Assembly: GCA_027923505.1 (NCBI GenBank)
Contig: BROI01000016.1
Coordinates: 558,001 to 622,000, forward strand
Direction of reading: 5' to 3'
Source of the DNA: Mayamaea pseudoterrestris
Taxonomy: Eukaryota
Length of the DNA stretch: 64,000 nt
Shown piece by piece: positions 30,653-43,210 of the stretch; positions within the stretch are counted from its first letter, which is position 1, and the number at the start of each line of letters is the position of its first letter. The notes beneath the pieces were generated by a model that was given only the letters and a program-made list of their open reading frames with translations, was not told the origin of the DNA and searched no databases. The position numbers and the translations under genes are program-made.

Positions 30653-32500
30653 CGCATGATGCTATACCTTCTCATCAACACGTTGACTTCATGGCTGGGG
30701 CAGTTGGATGCACACACCATACTCGTCAAGCTCTTGACGACGACACTCGTCGCCTCGGCCATTTTGACGCACTTGGAAAGCCGTCGGAGTCGCAAACTGC
30801 TGGCGCAAATGGAGCAAGATGCACTGGACGATTCGTTGTCGGAGCTTGATCCATTGACGAATGATACAATACATATTCGATGGATGTGGGAGAATGATGT
30901 TCAAGGATTTCTGCATAATCTCAGAGAAGGATGCATGGCCATGGAATCTTCCAATCAGCATCGGCTACTGCGCATGACGATTTCCCTTCGACCGAGCCTG
31001 TTTTTAAATCTCGACAAAGACGCAGCTGAGCAAGTGTTGTCAGCACTCCGAGAGGCTCCGATTCAGGAAGTTACGTTTAACGATTCATTGGTACAGCCTG
31101 GTGAATTCAATCAATGGATGGATCTTTGCGAGTGCCTCGGATCGCTCACTACCTTGAAGCACGTCAAGTTTTTCGTCCAATTTGGAGACTTTCGAGCGCT
31201 AGCTGGTGCCATGCAGAGCTTCCGGCAAATATCGTTCCTGAGTCTCTTTGACAATGACGACAAAGTTGATCGGGAAAACTTTCATCGCACCTGTCAAGCG
31301 GAACATGTCGCAGCCATTGCTTTGGCATTGTCAAGTCATCCGAGTCTCCAAACAATCACGTGCCGTCTCGGAAAGGCAGCTTACGATGAAATGTTACCAA
31401 AAATATTACCAGTACTACCAACGATGCCACTACTGCGACATGTTATGATTTCCGAGACTACGTCAGCCGCAAGATCCATGACCGCAACTGTGATGTCTTC
31501 AGCTGTCAACGCCGCCATTACCTCAAATGATATGGGCATGCTACCACCAGAGATTTGCATCAGAAACCTGGAGTTTATGGATCATGATGGAGCGAGTCAG
31601 CATTTCTGCAATGGGCTAGCTGCCACCACGGCGAGTCGGATCCACTTGGACAATGTTCTAGTCGATCCAATTGCACTAGTCGCCGCACTCAAATCCTCCG
31701 ACATGGTGTACCTAAAGATCACCAATTGGCCCAGGAAACCAGCTACTCTACCAATCTTCTTGTCGGCGCTGGCCGCGACCATTTCAGACATGCGCATGGA
31801 GACGCTGGACTTGGAAAACGTCATTTCCACGTCCTTTGATTGCGGCTACGATTCAGGCAGCCATCTTGCCTTTGAGCAGGCCATTCATGAGCTCATCCAA
31901 GCCGCCTCGACCAATTCATCACTCCGTGTGTTGAAGCTTCCTTCGATTCGCTACACGAAGGAAATGGACAAGGCTGTCGCCGCCGTTATTCTCAACAAAA
32001 TGTCTGCTATTCAAGAGTTGACACTCTGCTGTCCTTGCATGCCATCGGAAGCCAAGGCTACCGATGATTACTCGAGCTTGTTGGACGCCCTTCACACGAG
32101 CTACACCAATGACAAGCATGAGGGTTCTTCGTCGTCAGCAACGGAGCCAAGCAGCTGCATTGTCAACTCTCATTCGAGCCCAATCGTTTGTCCCAACAAG
32201 ATTGAGTGTCCGCTGTTGTTAACGGCACTCAAGTCCAACTTTACCGTCCAGCACATTCAATTCAAAACGTGCAGTTTCGGCGACGCCTGCCGCGAGTCGT
32301 TCAGCGCGCAGTCGCAGCACATGGCCGCCGTACTGACCAAACTGAATCAAGCGGGCCGAAAGTACTTGGGCAGCGCACCCACGGATCGGCAACTGGCGCT
32401 GCACGTACTCGACAAGGTGCAGGATGACGCGAACTGTCTGTTCGTTCATTTGCAGGAGAATCCGCTGTTGATGTGTCAGCAGATTGGTAATAGTTTGTGA
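30653..32500 (+). CDS. RNI/LRR-like protein of a diatom-type expanded family
   Basis: Degenerate LxxLxL repeats; C-terminal LNQAGRKYL..NCLFVHLQENP; start uncertain. Confidence 0.6.
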   Translation, partial: RMMLYLLINTLTSWLGQLDAHTILVKLLTTTLVASAILTHLESRRSRKLLAQMEQDALDDSLSELDPLTNDTIHIRWMWENDVQGFLHNLREGCMAMESSNQHRLLRMTISLRPSLFLNLDKDAAEQVLSALREAPIQEVTFNDSLVQPGEFNQWMDLCECLGSLTTLKHVKFFVQFGDFRALAGAMQSFRQISFLSLFDNDDKVDRENFHRTCQAEHVAAIALALSSHPSLQTITCRLGKAAYDEMLPKILPVLPTMPLLRHVMISETTSAARSMTATVMSSAVNAAITSNDMGMLPPEICIRNLEFMDHDGASQHFCNGLAATTASRIHLDNVLVDPIALVAALKSSDMVYLKITNWPRKPATLPIFLSALAATISDMRMETLDLENVISTSFDCGYDSGSHLAFEQAIHELIQAASTNSSLRVLKLPSIRYTKEMDKAVAAVILNKMSAIQELTLCCPCMPSEAKATDDYSSLLDALHTSYTNDKHEGSSSSATEPSSCIVNSHSSPIVCPNKIECPLLLTALKSNFTVQHIQFKTCSFGDACRESFSAQSQHMAAVLTKLNQAGRKYLGSAPTDRQLALHVLDKVQDDANCLFVHLQENPLLMCQQIGNSL

Positions 32501-32850
32501 CGGTTTGTGACGTTAAACCAGCAGACAATACCGGAGGAGGCTGATAAGAATGTGTGGATCATCCGCAATAGTACATGCAGTACTAGATAGTTGTCTTACT
32601 TGATTTGTTGCGGCTGGCGCCATGATACATTTAGCTACCGGTAGAGTACCGGTACGTCGAAGAGTCCAAGTGCTCTCAATTAAAAGTCGTACCGGCTCAA
32701 CATTACGTCAGGATTAGGTATGTCGCATGCGACACAAATGTCACGCAACACGTTTCGACCGCTCATCCGCGACCATGAGCCTTCGTCAAGGTGCTCACTC
32801 TTAGTGAAAGACACTATACAAACTGACTGTAAATCGTTTACAGCTTTACC

Positions 32851-34044
32851 ATGTCAGGAGAACAACAAGACGAAGGTCTCATCGAGCAGCAAATGGATGA
32901 TAGTCAAAAGAATGAGACTCTAGCGGAACGTTTCGAGCGCGCCATTCGCGAATCCTCGTCAGAACCGGCCCACGCCATTATACTCTTCGAAACGCTCCAA
33001 GTTCAAGTCGCGCAACTATCATTATTTTCTGACAATGAGGAACTTGCCGACATTTCCACAAAGTCACTTCCATTTCTGTCACTCGAGCATCATTTGGCCA
33101 TGTGTCATATGAGTCTACCAATGCAACACGCCAACATGACGGAACGCTACACCAATCTGCAGCGCGCCTGCGACTACTGGACGGCCTTTTTGCAGCGACT
33201 CGATCAGTTGGAGCTACTCACCAAGGAGGAGCGAACGCAGTATCACGATTTGATGGAGCTTTCACAGCAGCAGGTTTCGTCGCATGATCATCAAGACGTT
33301 GCATCGTCGCGCGTCATGCCACCGCCCATGAACCGCGACGTGAAGATCCATCGCTTTCGTCAAAAACAAGTGGCGCTGCAGGAACGAGAGCGATTAGTTT
33401 CGTTGCAGCAGCGGCGGAACCGATTGAACATTAGTGAAACGGACGACTTGGACGGGTACGACTATGAATCGCTGCTGCGCAACTTGTATTTGAAGGCGCT
33501 TGAGATTGACAAGCTGGATGCCTTGGAGGAATGGTCCAGTGTCATTCGTGAATTGCCAATGATATGCATGATGCTTCAAAGGCAGACGCAACAAGGAGAA
33601 GCAGGCAATGGCACTACTGCTCCATCAACGGATGTACGCGCGCCTCCAGCAGCAGCAGCATTTAGCAACAACCACAGTAACAAACCACTGCAAGTGACGC
33701 GCATTACGCAAGACGCCGCTACCGGTCGATTGCAAATGCGACAGGAAGAGATTCGCTCACAAGTCTTTCAACCCGGCTGGACGCAACCAACCATGTCGCT
33801 CGAAGCATTGGCCGAGCGAGAAGTGTCCGACGCGTTGGAGCGACAGGCGCAACAAACGATTGCGGAAGCGAACCGCAAGCTGCAGCCGCGTCGGTTCGAC
33901 TTGCTGCGCAAGGATGGACTCGAGGACGACGCAAACTTGGTGGATGCCAGTGCTTTGCTCGATCGACAGTGGGACGACTGGAAGGAGGAGAATCCGCGTG
34001 GAAGTGGCAACAAGCGAGCCAATGTTGGTGATCGCAACTTTTAG
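32851..34044 (+). CDS. TAP42: TAP42/alpha4 PP2A regulatory protein
   Basis: SLFSDNEELADIST, VFQPGWTQPTMSLE, WDDWKEENPRGSGN signatures. Confidence 0.9.
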   Translation: MSGEQQDEGLIEQQMDDSQKNETLAERFERAIRESSSEPAHAIILFETLQVQVAQLSLFSDNEELADISTKSLPFLSLEHHLAMCHMSLPMQHANMTERYTNLQRACDYWTAFLQRLDQLELLTKEERTQYHDLMELSQQQVSSHDHQDVASSRVMPPPMNRDVKIHRFRQKQVALQERERLVSLQQRRNRLNISETDDLDGYDYESLLRNLYLKALEIDKLDALEEWSSVIRELPMICMMLQRQTQQGEAGNGTTAPSTDVRAPPAAAAFSNNHSNKPLQVTRITQDAATGRLQMRQEEIRSQVFQPGWTQPTMSLEALAEREVSDALERQAQQTIAEANRKLQPRRFDLLRKDGLEDDANLVDASALLDRQWDDWKEENPRGSGNKRANVGDRNF

Positions 34045-34177
34045 TTGCGGAATGTCATTGTTCAGTCATTTGCGTTTAATAATTGTACTAAACAGCAAAG
34101 AGTAGGTTATATAATGAAATATGTATATATATTGTGCTGCAGTAAAACGGATTGAATAAAGCGCGGTCGTAAATATT

Positions 34178-35510
34178 TCACTCGCCATCGCCATCATCAC
34201 GAGGTGGCGTATACGGAAGCGTGCGCAATCCGCAAACGACTTCATCCCAGACCGAGTGATCGACTCGATCAAAGTTCACCTTCATCAGTGCCAGCAGGTT
34301 CAAGTAGGTCATCAAGCGGTAGAGCTCTTGGTCGCGACTAGCAGACGATTTCTTGCGATGGTACGCCTTGCACTTTAATCCGGACGACATGTTGAGGGCA
34401 AAGTTGCGCGACAAGTCGTCAATGTGAATGGTATTGTGACTACCATACTGCGGAAACTTGCTCCAAATGAGTTGCAGCGGTTTCACGTGATGGACAAAGG
34501 TGGTGCCGTCGCGCTTGGTGGACTTGACTGTAAACATGGACGTTTTGTCCAAAACAAAGAGAAACTTGTAATTATTCGTCATGAGCATTCCAAGCTCAAT
34601 GAGTTTGGTTTCCAGCCACCGCCAGCTTGTCTGCGACCAAACGACCATGTCATAGTTCTCGTAGGCGCTGTATATATGTAAAAGTGGTTGATGTGAGTGA
34701 GCCATCGCATGCGTTTCCATTGCCTACATTATGAATTGCAGCAGCATGCATACTTGGTAAGAAACTCGTCCATATGAGGCCGCTTCATGGAGCCAGGTGT
34801 TACTCCACGTTCAATGATCTGTCGCGACGAAAAGTCGAGCAAAGTATGATCCAAGTCGAGAACCTGTTTCGTAAGCAACGAGACGTGTGAGTCAAACACA
34901 ATCAGAGCGCTCACGCAAATACACACGACACGACAGCAGTATTTACCAACAATGCTTTTCCTGGTCGGGGCTGGTTCATCAAATGGACGGCTGTATGCTC
35001 GGTGAACTGCGCCAGCTTTTCGCCAGTGGCAACGTGCTCCAGCCACTGATCCGAGCCAGCTGTAAAGTCAAGCTCAAAGTCGTCAATGACATCCGGCATG
35101 TCGGAAGCATTGCGATTGATGGGATCAATAAAGATGCTCTCCTCTGGAGTTCCCATGAGAATGAATTGATGAGTCATAATGCTTATGCTTGCGTTCGTTG
35201 CTGCGGCAGCCGTCTTGCTCTTGAGACTTTCCAGCGTGAGCGAGTCCGTGACGTTCTTGGCGCCTCCATCGCGCGCCACGAGCCCGACAAGCTTTTGTCG
35301 CTTGGGTAAAATGTGCGTATGCGATGCAAGCATTTCCTTGACTTGCAAAATGGTCGTCGTGGGGTGCAAATTGGTGAGTTCGATCCGTTGCTTGTTGAAT
35401 TTGGCAATGAGCGTGACACCAATGTAGTCGAGTGCTGGAGTTTCGGACTCGGTCACGACGATTGACGCCGAATCTAGCGTCATTGATTCTTTTAGATCGT
35501 CTTCACTCAT
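34178..35510 (-). CDS. UBLCP1: Ubiquitin-like domain-containing CTD phosphatase 1; introns 34864-34946 and 34668-34753
   Basis: UBL (LPKRQKLVGL, LMGTPE) plus HAD motif VLDLDHTL, VWSQTSW, HIDDLSRNFALN; GT-AG introns restore the frame. Confidence 0.9.
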
Positions 35511-35963
35511 TGTAAATGAGTAAATGAGTGCAAGTAAACGGCTTTTGTCCAAGAATACAAAGCAATAAGCGGCAAAGACAAATTCATGCTTGGTGCGGTT
35601 TTCGCGTGTTGGAAAAATTAAAAATCGCACTGGTACTCGAGAAAGAATTTACACCCCCGGTATATAACCTAGCTGCTGGTGATCTACTGGGTTTCAGGGT
35701 TTAGTTTTGAGCCTCATTGTGTGCAGCAGGGGATTTCATGAGGGAATTGAAAGCAGCCTTTTTCTTGCCGTGCCCTGGCACCGGCACACAGTGGGCAAGC
35801 AGGGCTTTTATTGGCTATCTTCTTCTCTCTTATCTTTGTGCTACCAAGGTCACAAACGCGGGATTTTGTTTTGCAAATATTCTGTGTTGCCTTTAACTAT
35901 CTATTTACTTGGATATAGCGTTGATGGACACATACGTTTTGTTAGAATCATGATTATAATGGA

Positions 35964-38780
35964 CTATATTGATGGAATGATGCTTTCACCGGGAGCAAAT
36001 ATATCACCCGGCCGGTCAATTAACTTTGACTCGGTCTGTGGACCAGTGTTCAAACTCTTGGCGTTTCCGTATATTGCCACTTTGCTTTCCGCTTCGGGAG
36101 TTGCAAGGCTCGATGACGACGGTATCAAGTTGACGAGTGAAGGCGGGACCAGTAGCGCATCAATTTCGTAAATCAAGTCTTGCTTGGTCAAGTAGAATCC
36201 TGCCCCAGTACCCCTTGCTTCGTTGAAGCGCAGCAACTTGCCACTTGCTCCAGATCGCGTTACTGTCACGGTGATGGATTCTCCCTGCATTGTGAGATAT
36301 TCAAATGTGCCAAAGTCAAGCTCTGAAAACGGAATCAATTCCACAATGACGTGATACAAAAGCACCTCCTCCAGCACGGCCTGGTTGCTTGGATTAAGCA
36401 AATAATCAATTGTTTCCTGCGGCGTGTTGGTAAGTGCTATGTTATTGGGAGCGCAAAGGGTCGAGTCGACAAGCATGGCGAGCTCGCGCTGTAGCTGCGC
36501 TGTTTGAAAGAGCGCACTCAGCTCGCTAAAGGTACTTGGCAAGGCTGCCAAGGCAGTTCTTGGGTTTAAAAAGAACCAATATGGCAAGATGGCAGCGTCA
36601 ATCTGGTGGAGGACGCCATTCGTTGCAATTGTATCAGCAGCAATCACGTTAATGGGCACTTGCTTTCCAGCTGTGACACTCGGGGTGACTAGCTGGATGG
36701 ACCCGTTGGTCGTAACATCAATAACAATTTGCAGATTGTTTGTCATGGTAATTGATAAGCCATCGACTAAGCTGTTCGCAAGCAGCTCTTGCGTAGCGAG
36801 GTGGTATTGAGCCAAGTTTGTAGCATGCAGATCGTACTGCGGAGTCGTCAGCTTGTTGTAGTATGCATCGCCAACGGTGTTTTTCAAGGCTGCGTTTCCT
36901 GGTGCAAACAGTGTGAATGGACCACTATCAGGATTATTGAGTGGGCCGCTAACTCCAGCAACCTCGAGGAGCGTCGCGATGCCGGTGAATCTTGGTGTGG
37001 TGGAAACAATTGTGAAAATTGTTGACGTTTGAGTTGCAGGAGCTCGCGTTGGTCCAGGCGCGGGCGATGGAATTGCAAAGTCGGGCGGAAACAATACTTG
37101 TGGCGACTCGTATAGGACATTGTACTTGGCCAAGTAAAAGACACTGGACCGAATGTTGTTGAAGAACAAGTCAATGGTACCCCCTGGTCTACGCTCGCGA
37201 CGACTCATGACGATGGCATCGCCCTGGACGGATGTAAAGCTTGTATCTTCAAGTGGATAGTCGGTAAAGTCAATGACCGAATTGATAATGTGATACTCCA
37301 GCACTTGACGAAGAACTTCCGGATTGCTAGTCAAGTAAGTCAACGTCCGTGCAGGTAGTGCGTTGAACGCTGCATTCGTCGGAGCGATCAGAGTCGTAAA
37401 GGCCGATGTAATCACGTCCTGCAGTCCAGCCACCTGAATCAAGTTTAGCAAGGTGCTGTACCGGTTTGGAATCTCTTCCATGACGCCATTCAAATTTAGA
37501 AATACCCAGTACGGCGACAATACTTCAGGAACTCGGTGCAAAATACCATTTGACGCCATCTGCTCTCGTGGAAGCAACAAGACGTTTGATGTTTTCCCTT
37601 GACTGGCAGAAAATGTTTCCAAGTAAACGTTGTTGTTCGTAACGTTAATTGAAATTGGCTCGTTGCCGAGCATATTTAGCTCGAGTCCATTCGTCAAGTC
37701 GCTCGTTTTATAGGCAGACGTTTCCGTAATGTGATTGGTCAACAAGTTTTGCAAGTGCAGTCCAAAGGCTGAGTTTGTGATGAGTAGCTGCGAGTAGTTT
37801 GACCCAAGTCGTTCAAAAGCATTATTGTTTGGAGCAAAGACGGTGATTGGATCTTGCATTGCGAGCAAATCCTGCAAGTCAGCCGAAATGACGGCTTGTT
37901 CCAGTGTACTCAAGTTATCAGCCGCCTGGATCAAGTTCCAAACTGTTTGCGGCAGACCGACTGATGGTGCAAGTATTGGTTGGATATTTGGACGATTAGT
38001 GGGACTTTGCGATTGCGGACCTTTGGATGGCGTTTTTGTCGGCCTTGGTGTCGGACGTAGCGTTGGTTCTGGAATTCGAGGTCCCTGTGATGGTCGAAAT
38101 GTGGGACGAAGAGTTGGCGCCGATACTGGAGGTCTTGCAGACGGCGGAAGGATCGGTGGCGTAGTGGGTGTTTTCGTCGGCCTTAGAGTAGGTCGAGGAG
38201 CTATGGGAGCTTTTGCTGGCGCCATTGTCGGTCTCTTGCTCGTACTAGGAGACTTGCTAGGACGGGGAGTAGGTTTTTTTGTAACTGGTCGGCTGGTTGT
38301 CGGACTTTGGATTGGCATGCTAAAGCTGCTTTCAATGGCTCCACTGCCACTTCCAATCGTCAAGATTTCGTCCCATGCGAGTACATCCTTGTTTTCACCG
38401 TCAGCCAAGGATGCAGAGAAGCTTGCAAACTCGTCGCTCATGTTGTGGCTAGACGACTCCTTGATGATGGATGGAGGTGCGAAAGTGATGGCATCGGCAA
38501 TGGACGACGACGGAGCAGGAAATTGCGTATCCACTTGCCGCTGCTGCTCCGGAGCAACCGTATCCGGTGCATCAGCATAGTACGACGTACTTAGTGTGTC
38601 GAGAAAGTCTTCGTGCTTGACAGTGGTCTTGGAAGATTCGTCGGTGGTTGCGGATGTTGCTTGGTTCCCTCCGACCAGTTTCCTCGTTCGTAGCAAACCC
38701 TGCTGAAGCTGCGCCTGCGACGAGGTAGTAGCGGCTGCAAGCCAAAGCAGTGGGAGACTGTAGCGTGAGTTGAGCTGCAT
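35964..38780 (-). CDS. Secreted fasciclin (about 4 FAS1 domains) protein with Pro/Thr-rich linkers
   Basis: Signal peptide; RKL motif; TVFAPNNNAF, TLIAPTNAAF, TLFAPGNAA, LCAPNNIAL; ATNGVLHQID. Confidence 0.9.
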   Translation of the reverse strand: MQLNSRYSLPLLWLAAATTSSQAQLQQGLLRTRKLVGGNQATSATTDESSKTTVKHEDFLDTLSTSYYADAPDTVAPEQQRQVDTQFPAPSSSIADAITFAPPSIIKESSSHNMSDEFASFSASLADGENKDVLAWDEILTIGSGSGAIESSFSMPIQSPTTSRPVTKKPTPRPSKSPSTSKRPTMAPAKAPIAPRPTLRPTKTPTTPPILPPSARPPVSAPTLRPTFRPSQGPRIPEPTLRPTPRPTKTPSKGPQSQSPTNRPNIQPILAPSVGLPQTVWNLIQAADNLSTLEQAVISADLQDLLAMQDPITVFAPNNNAFERLGSNYSQLLITNSAFGLHLQNLLTNHITETSAYKTSDLTNGLELNMLGNEPISINVTNNNVYLETFSASQGKTSNVLLLPREQMASNGILHRVPEVLSPYWVFLNLNGVMEEIPNRYSTLLNLIQVAGLQDVITSAFTTLIAPTNAAFNALPARTLTYLTSNPEVLRQVLEYHIINSVIDFTDYPLEDTSFTSVQGDAIVMSRRERRPGGTIDLFFNNIRSSVFYLAKYNVLYESPQVLFPPDFAIPSPAPGPTRAPATQTSTIFTIVSTTPRFTGIATLLEVAGVSGPLNNPDSGPFTLFAPGNAALKNTVGDAYYNKLTTPQYDLHATNLAQYHLATQELLANSLVDGLSITMTNNLQIVIDVTTNGSIQLVTPSVTAGKQVPINVIAADTIATNGVLHQIDAAILPYWFFLNPRTALAALPSTFSELSALFQTAQLQRELAMLVDSTLCAPNNIALTNTPQETIDYLLNPSNQAVLEEVLLYHVIVELIPFSELDFGTFEYLTMQGESITVTVTRSGASGKLLRFNEARGTGAGFYLTKQDLIYEIDALLVPPSLVNLIPSSSSLATPEAESKVAIYGNAKSLNTGPQTESKLIDRPGDIFAPGESIIPSI

Positions 38781-39085
38781 CGTTTTTTACGGTCAAACAA
38801 GTGCGACGGGTTTGCTCTCTGTCATTTTTTGTTGTTGCAACAAAGAATGAAGTTGCGCCTTTTAGCGATGAGGTGCGTGACCGACTGTTGCCCGACCGGC
38901 GCGCGCGCCAACGGGTCTGTGACATCATTTCAGTGCCGGATCGACAGCTACCTTCCTCGGGGTCTACCGGTATTGTAGGTCAAGCTGCCAGCTTTAACGT
39001 AGCACAATATGCTCGCAAGTAGACGCATTAAAAATAAATAACAATGAATTATAAGCCATATAAGTTCCCCATTTAACAATCGCAT

Positions 39086-40393
39086 CTATTTTTGTTCCTT
39101 CAAGGATCGATCCGTCGGAGCAGCCTTGGCGGACGGCGCAAGCACCGAAGCCTTGACTGACGGCGCAACGTTTGGTCGCGATCTGGATGGTCTCCTGCTC
39201 CTCATTCTCTTGGCGGATGGTGCAAGAATTGTTGGCGTCTTTTGTGAAGCAGACGGCGGTAGTACTGGCGGAGGCGTCTCCGTCACATATGACGGACGTT
39301 TCGTCCCTGGTAGTCCAACATCTGATGGGGCTCGCACTGGTGGCGGCGTCTCCGTCACATAAGACGGACGCTTGGTGCCAGGTGGTCCAACATCCGATGG
39401 AGCTCGCACTGGCGGAGGTGTCTCCGTCACATATGACGGTCGTTTCGTTCCAGGTAGTCCAACATCTGATGGTGCCAACACTGGCGGAGGCGTCTCCGTC
39501 ACATAGGACGGTCGCTTGGTTGCAGGTAGCTCCACATCCGATGGTGCACGAGTTGGCGTTTGCTTGTGCGAAAAGGCTGGCGGTAGAGCGGGTGCCTTCG
39601 TTGTTCCCTTGTGCGACTTTCGGTTCGGCCGCGGTGCGCGAGCAGGTGCAAGGGTTTCTTCCTCCGAATACGACGGTCGCTTGGTGCCAGGCACCTCGAC
39701 ATAGGACGGTCGCTTGGTGACAGGCACTTCCACATCTGATGGAGGCAGCACTGGTGTGGGAGTCGCCGGTCGTTTCGTGCTTGGCGGTAGCACTGGCGAC
39801 GGCGTCCTGTTCATCATTGTGGGACGCTTTGTTAAACCCGGAATCTTGTAGGCTGGTCGCCTGGTTGCTGGCAATGGCTCCGTTGGTGCCGGCAGTGGAA
39901 ATATAGTTGTCATCGTCATCATCATTTGCTTTTTGGATGGTGGCATGCTCATGCTGGCAGAGTATCCGCTGGCGGCAAACTCGCTTAGCCACGAGGATGC
40001 TTCGTCCTCGTGCTCATCTTCGGTCGTTGTGATTCCAAAGTGACTCTCCCACATTTTTTCGTCTTCTTCCTTGACGAGAGCAACTGATGGAACTATCGTG
40101 GGACTGCTTATTGTTGATGCAACTGTTGGAATGAGCGTTGGAATGGCCGTACTAGGAGCCGCTGAAACTGGAGCAGCTGACACTGGCACATCCGTCAAAG
40201 CAAACACAATGGGTTCCACCTCTGGCAATGGATCCTCCTCAAATTTGTAGGGAACGTTATGAACGGCAATGCGGCGGGCGCGCACAAGCTTTGACTGCTG
40301 CTGTTCCTCCTCCTCATGGTTGTTGCTCGCTGTAGCGGAAACAATGGCCGTCGCCCCAAAGGAGATTGACACAAAGAGACTCTTCACCTTCAT
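39086..40393 (-). CDS. Secreted Pro/Thr-rich protein with 24-aa tandem repeats (PSDVGLPGTKRPSYVTETPPPVRA)
   Basis: Signal peptide MKVKSLFVSISFGATAIVSATA; SMSM motif; 72-bp repeats at ~39250-39550. Confidence 0.8.
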   Translation of the reverse strand: MKVKSLFVSISFGATAIVSATASNNHEEEEQQQSKLVRARRIAVHNVPYKFEEDPLPEVEPIVFALTDVPVSAAPVSAAPSTAIPTLIPTVASTISSPTIVPSVALVKEEDEKMWESHFGITTTEDEHEDEASSWLSEFAASGYSASMSMPPSKKQMMMTMTTIFPLPAPTEPLPATRRPAYKIPGLTKRPTMMNRTPSPVLPPSTKRPATPTPVLPPSDVEVPVTKRPSYVEVPGTKRPSYSEEETLAPARAPRPNRKSHKGTTKAPALPPAFSHKQTPTRAPSDVELPATKRPSYVTETPPPVLAPSDVGLPGTKRPSYVTETPPPVRAPSDVGPPGTKRPSYVTETPPPVRAPSDVGLPGTKRPSYVTETPPPVLPPSASQKTPTILAPSAKRMRSRRPSRSRPNVAPSVKASVLAPSAKAAPTDRSLKEQK

Positions 40394-40724
40394 CTCTTGT
40401 ATGTGCCTTGACTTGTATGTTTGATGAAAGCGTCGTCTGTCTTGTTGTGTATATAGGCCTGCACCTATTTTCGAAAATTTGCCTCCCTCCACAAGCAAAA
40501 GGTGCGACAGATTGGCGATGGCTCGCCCGGCTTGCTTTCAATATGGAAAACTCTCTCACGAAGAGTACCGCTACGACGAAGATATGCAAAGCAAAGCCAT
40601 CAAAGCAGCCCAGACCCTGCCGACACAAAACTTGACTCGTCGTTACTCTCTCCTATTCTACCAATCGAAACCTGGTGACTGTAGTAGTCTTGGAACCAAG
40701 TCACATAGAATATCATTTTTAGCC

Positions 40725-41769
40725 ATGCGAAATCCCTTTTCATCGCGAGACGCCCGAGCAACAAAAAATCATGACGACGACGACTCGCAGCACCAGCATG
40801 AACACACTTACGATACAATTAGCAGTAGTAGCATGACTGACCAAGACGATGCCTATTCCATGGCACCATCCATTCTGCTGCGCCGCAAGACGAGCGCTCC
40901 CTCGTGGAGCTCCTACCAAACGACTCCCATCACCAAGCTCTACGAGCTCAATCAACGAGTCTTGGTGGCCTTTGACTCGTCTCTTGCAGTATTGATCAAG
41001 CAGCAGTCGCAACAACAATCACATCAAACTCACCTGCATCAAACGCTTGCAATGGGACTACAGTTTGTGGAAACTGCCATTGTGGAACTGCCAAAGCATG
41101 GCTACTACTTGAGCAAGCGCCACGAGCGCGATCGCATGCAAAGTTGCTTGGAAGCCGTACGCGTCACGCGATGTTTGCAACAAGACGTATTGACGCAGCT
41201 GGAGCAGCAAGCGAACGAAGCGCCGACGGAATCGCTGCATAACTTGATGAAACATGTCCAAAAGTTGTCCGACTTGGCGCTTTGGCGCGTGCAGGAAGCG
41301 TCGCAGGATCAAGCTGCCGTCGCGTCGGCCAAGGTTCCTGCAACGAGTACTACTAGTCAAGATAGTAAAGGCAACAAGAGTAATGTTCCAGCAGGCGATA
41401 CCAATGCTTCAGCATCTGCATCATCATCCATCTTGTCGTGCGAGCCGCTCTCCAACTGGGATTGGGTCACATGGTGCCAGGAACTTCCAGACGTTTTGCA
41501 ATGTCCGCCAACCATGGCGCCTCCGCCAGCGTCGGCTGCTGCTGCCGGTTCGAGTGATACAAGCAGCACAACAAGCCCGGCACTCTTTGGAACAAGACCA
41601 GTCAAGCAGTCGTCACTGCTGGATGATTCCGAGTATGTGGTGGTGGAGCGAAACATAAATGATGCAGCGTCAAGTGGTGTTCCCCAAGACAATCACGATG
41701 CAAGCAGTATACTCGAGTCAGTGTCTATCAAGCAAGCTCAAGTTACCGCAATGCGAAGAAACCGCTCCC

Positions 41770-41804
<35 letters not shown>

Positions 41805-43037
41805 GACCACGAAGTGATACAGCCTGCAGTCTCGCAATCTACATCCACATCTTCATCGTCGGTTGCTGCCGTCAAGCCAGTTTCCTCCGAAACGTCGTCA
41901 ACGGCAGGATCGGTCTCGACCATGCGGACGCGATACTACCGCGCACCGCAGCATCAACAACAGCAACAATCTACAGTATCGCAAGCAAAGGGAATGGAGG
42001 AGCGGCGGCGGTTGGAGCAGGCTCTATATCTTTCGGGGTGGGATGCAACATCCACCACGAGTATGGATGCATCCGCCAGTCGAATTGAACCACGAAAGGC
42101 AATTCCAAGGACAAAAAACGTGGCATTACCAACGAAACAGCATAAACCTGCACCTGATGGAGACATTGCTTTGGATCGAGAACCATCGCCGACATCTGCA
42201 TCATCGGCACTTCCGTTTGAAACACTTGCCAAATTCTATCACGAGGACTTCGATCAGCTGCGATCATCGGGTCACGTTCGCATTAGCTTTGCAAATACGT
42301 ATCAGGGTCGCATTCCTGGATCCACCAATGGCTGCACGGTGATTGCTCCACTATTGTGCATTCATCATTTGCTCGATCACCAAGTACCAGATCCAGGCTT
42401 GCCAGACGCTGTGATTCAACACGTTATTGATGACGAAACACCGGCAATACTATCGCAGCTACGCAATCAACTCGGACTGTCGGAACATGCGTTTTTGATC
42501 CCATCCGATGCTCACGAGTATTTGATTGAGAATGGACAACTGTCGCAGGATCAGTTCTTTGACGTGATTGGAGGCAACGTATTGGACGATGATCACTTGT
42601 TAAAGTTTGTCACGACGGTGCAGACAGCTAGCAACCACAAAGTGGCTGCCTGTTTGTTTTTTCATGAGCACGTAATAACGATACTCAAGCTCCAACGTGA
42701 TGACAATCGCCGGAACACTTCGTATTGGTATGATGTGATTGATGGATTGCCGCTCAAGGAAACGTTGGGTCGCATTGGACAGTCGGACGATTCGCTGCTG
42801 GGTGCACTGACATTGACGGAATCGGAAAGCATGTTGTCGCACGCGTTTCTCCCAAAGACGGCGCGGATCCGCTGTTTGACTGCTGAAGCCTTGACGGCTT
42901 GCTTGCGATGGTACGCCTGCAGCAAGTTTACGCCGGAGAATGTGAATTACATTGACCAATACGCATGGAGCGATAATTCGTGTGACTTCGACCCGCGAGT
43001 CTTTCAAGGGTTCGTATGGGGTTCCATCGACCAATGA
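40725..43037 (+). CDS. Uncharacterised protein: helical N-domain (ELPKHGYY), polyQ linker, globular C-domain (NGCTVIAPL..FFHEH..YDVIDGLP)
   Basis: Long ORF with a globular-looking C-terminus; function not assigned. Confidence 0.7.
41771..41802 (+). repeat. (CAG)n microsatellite encoding polyQ
   Basis: About 10 CAG units. Confidence 0.95.
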
Positions 43038-43210
43038 TTTGTTTCGCTTAGCCGTGAGTGAGAACGGATGGCGATGGACTGCAACAACTGCCATGTGACT
43101 CTGCTGCCAAGAATACATCCAAGATCGAAGATATGTACTTAAAGCAGAATCCGACAATTAGTTACTATTTGTAAGTTATAAATTATGATAATGGTTTTTG
43201 GCCAAACTGA

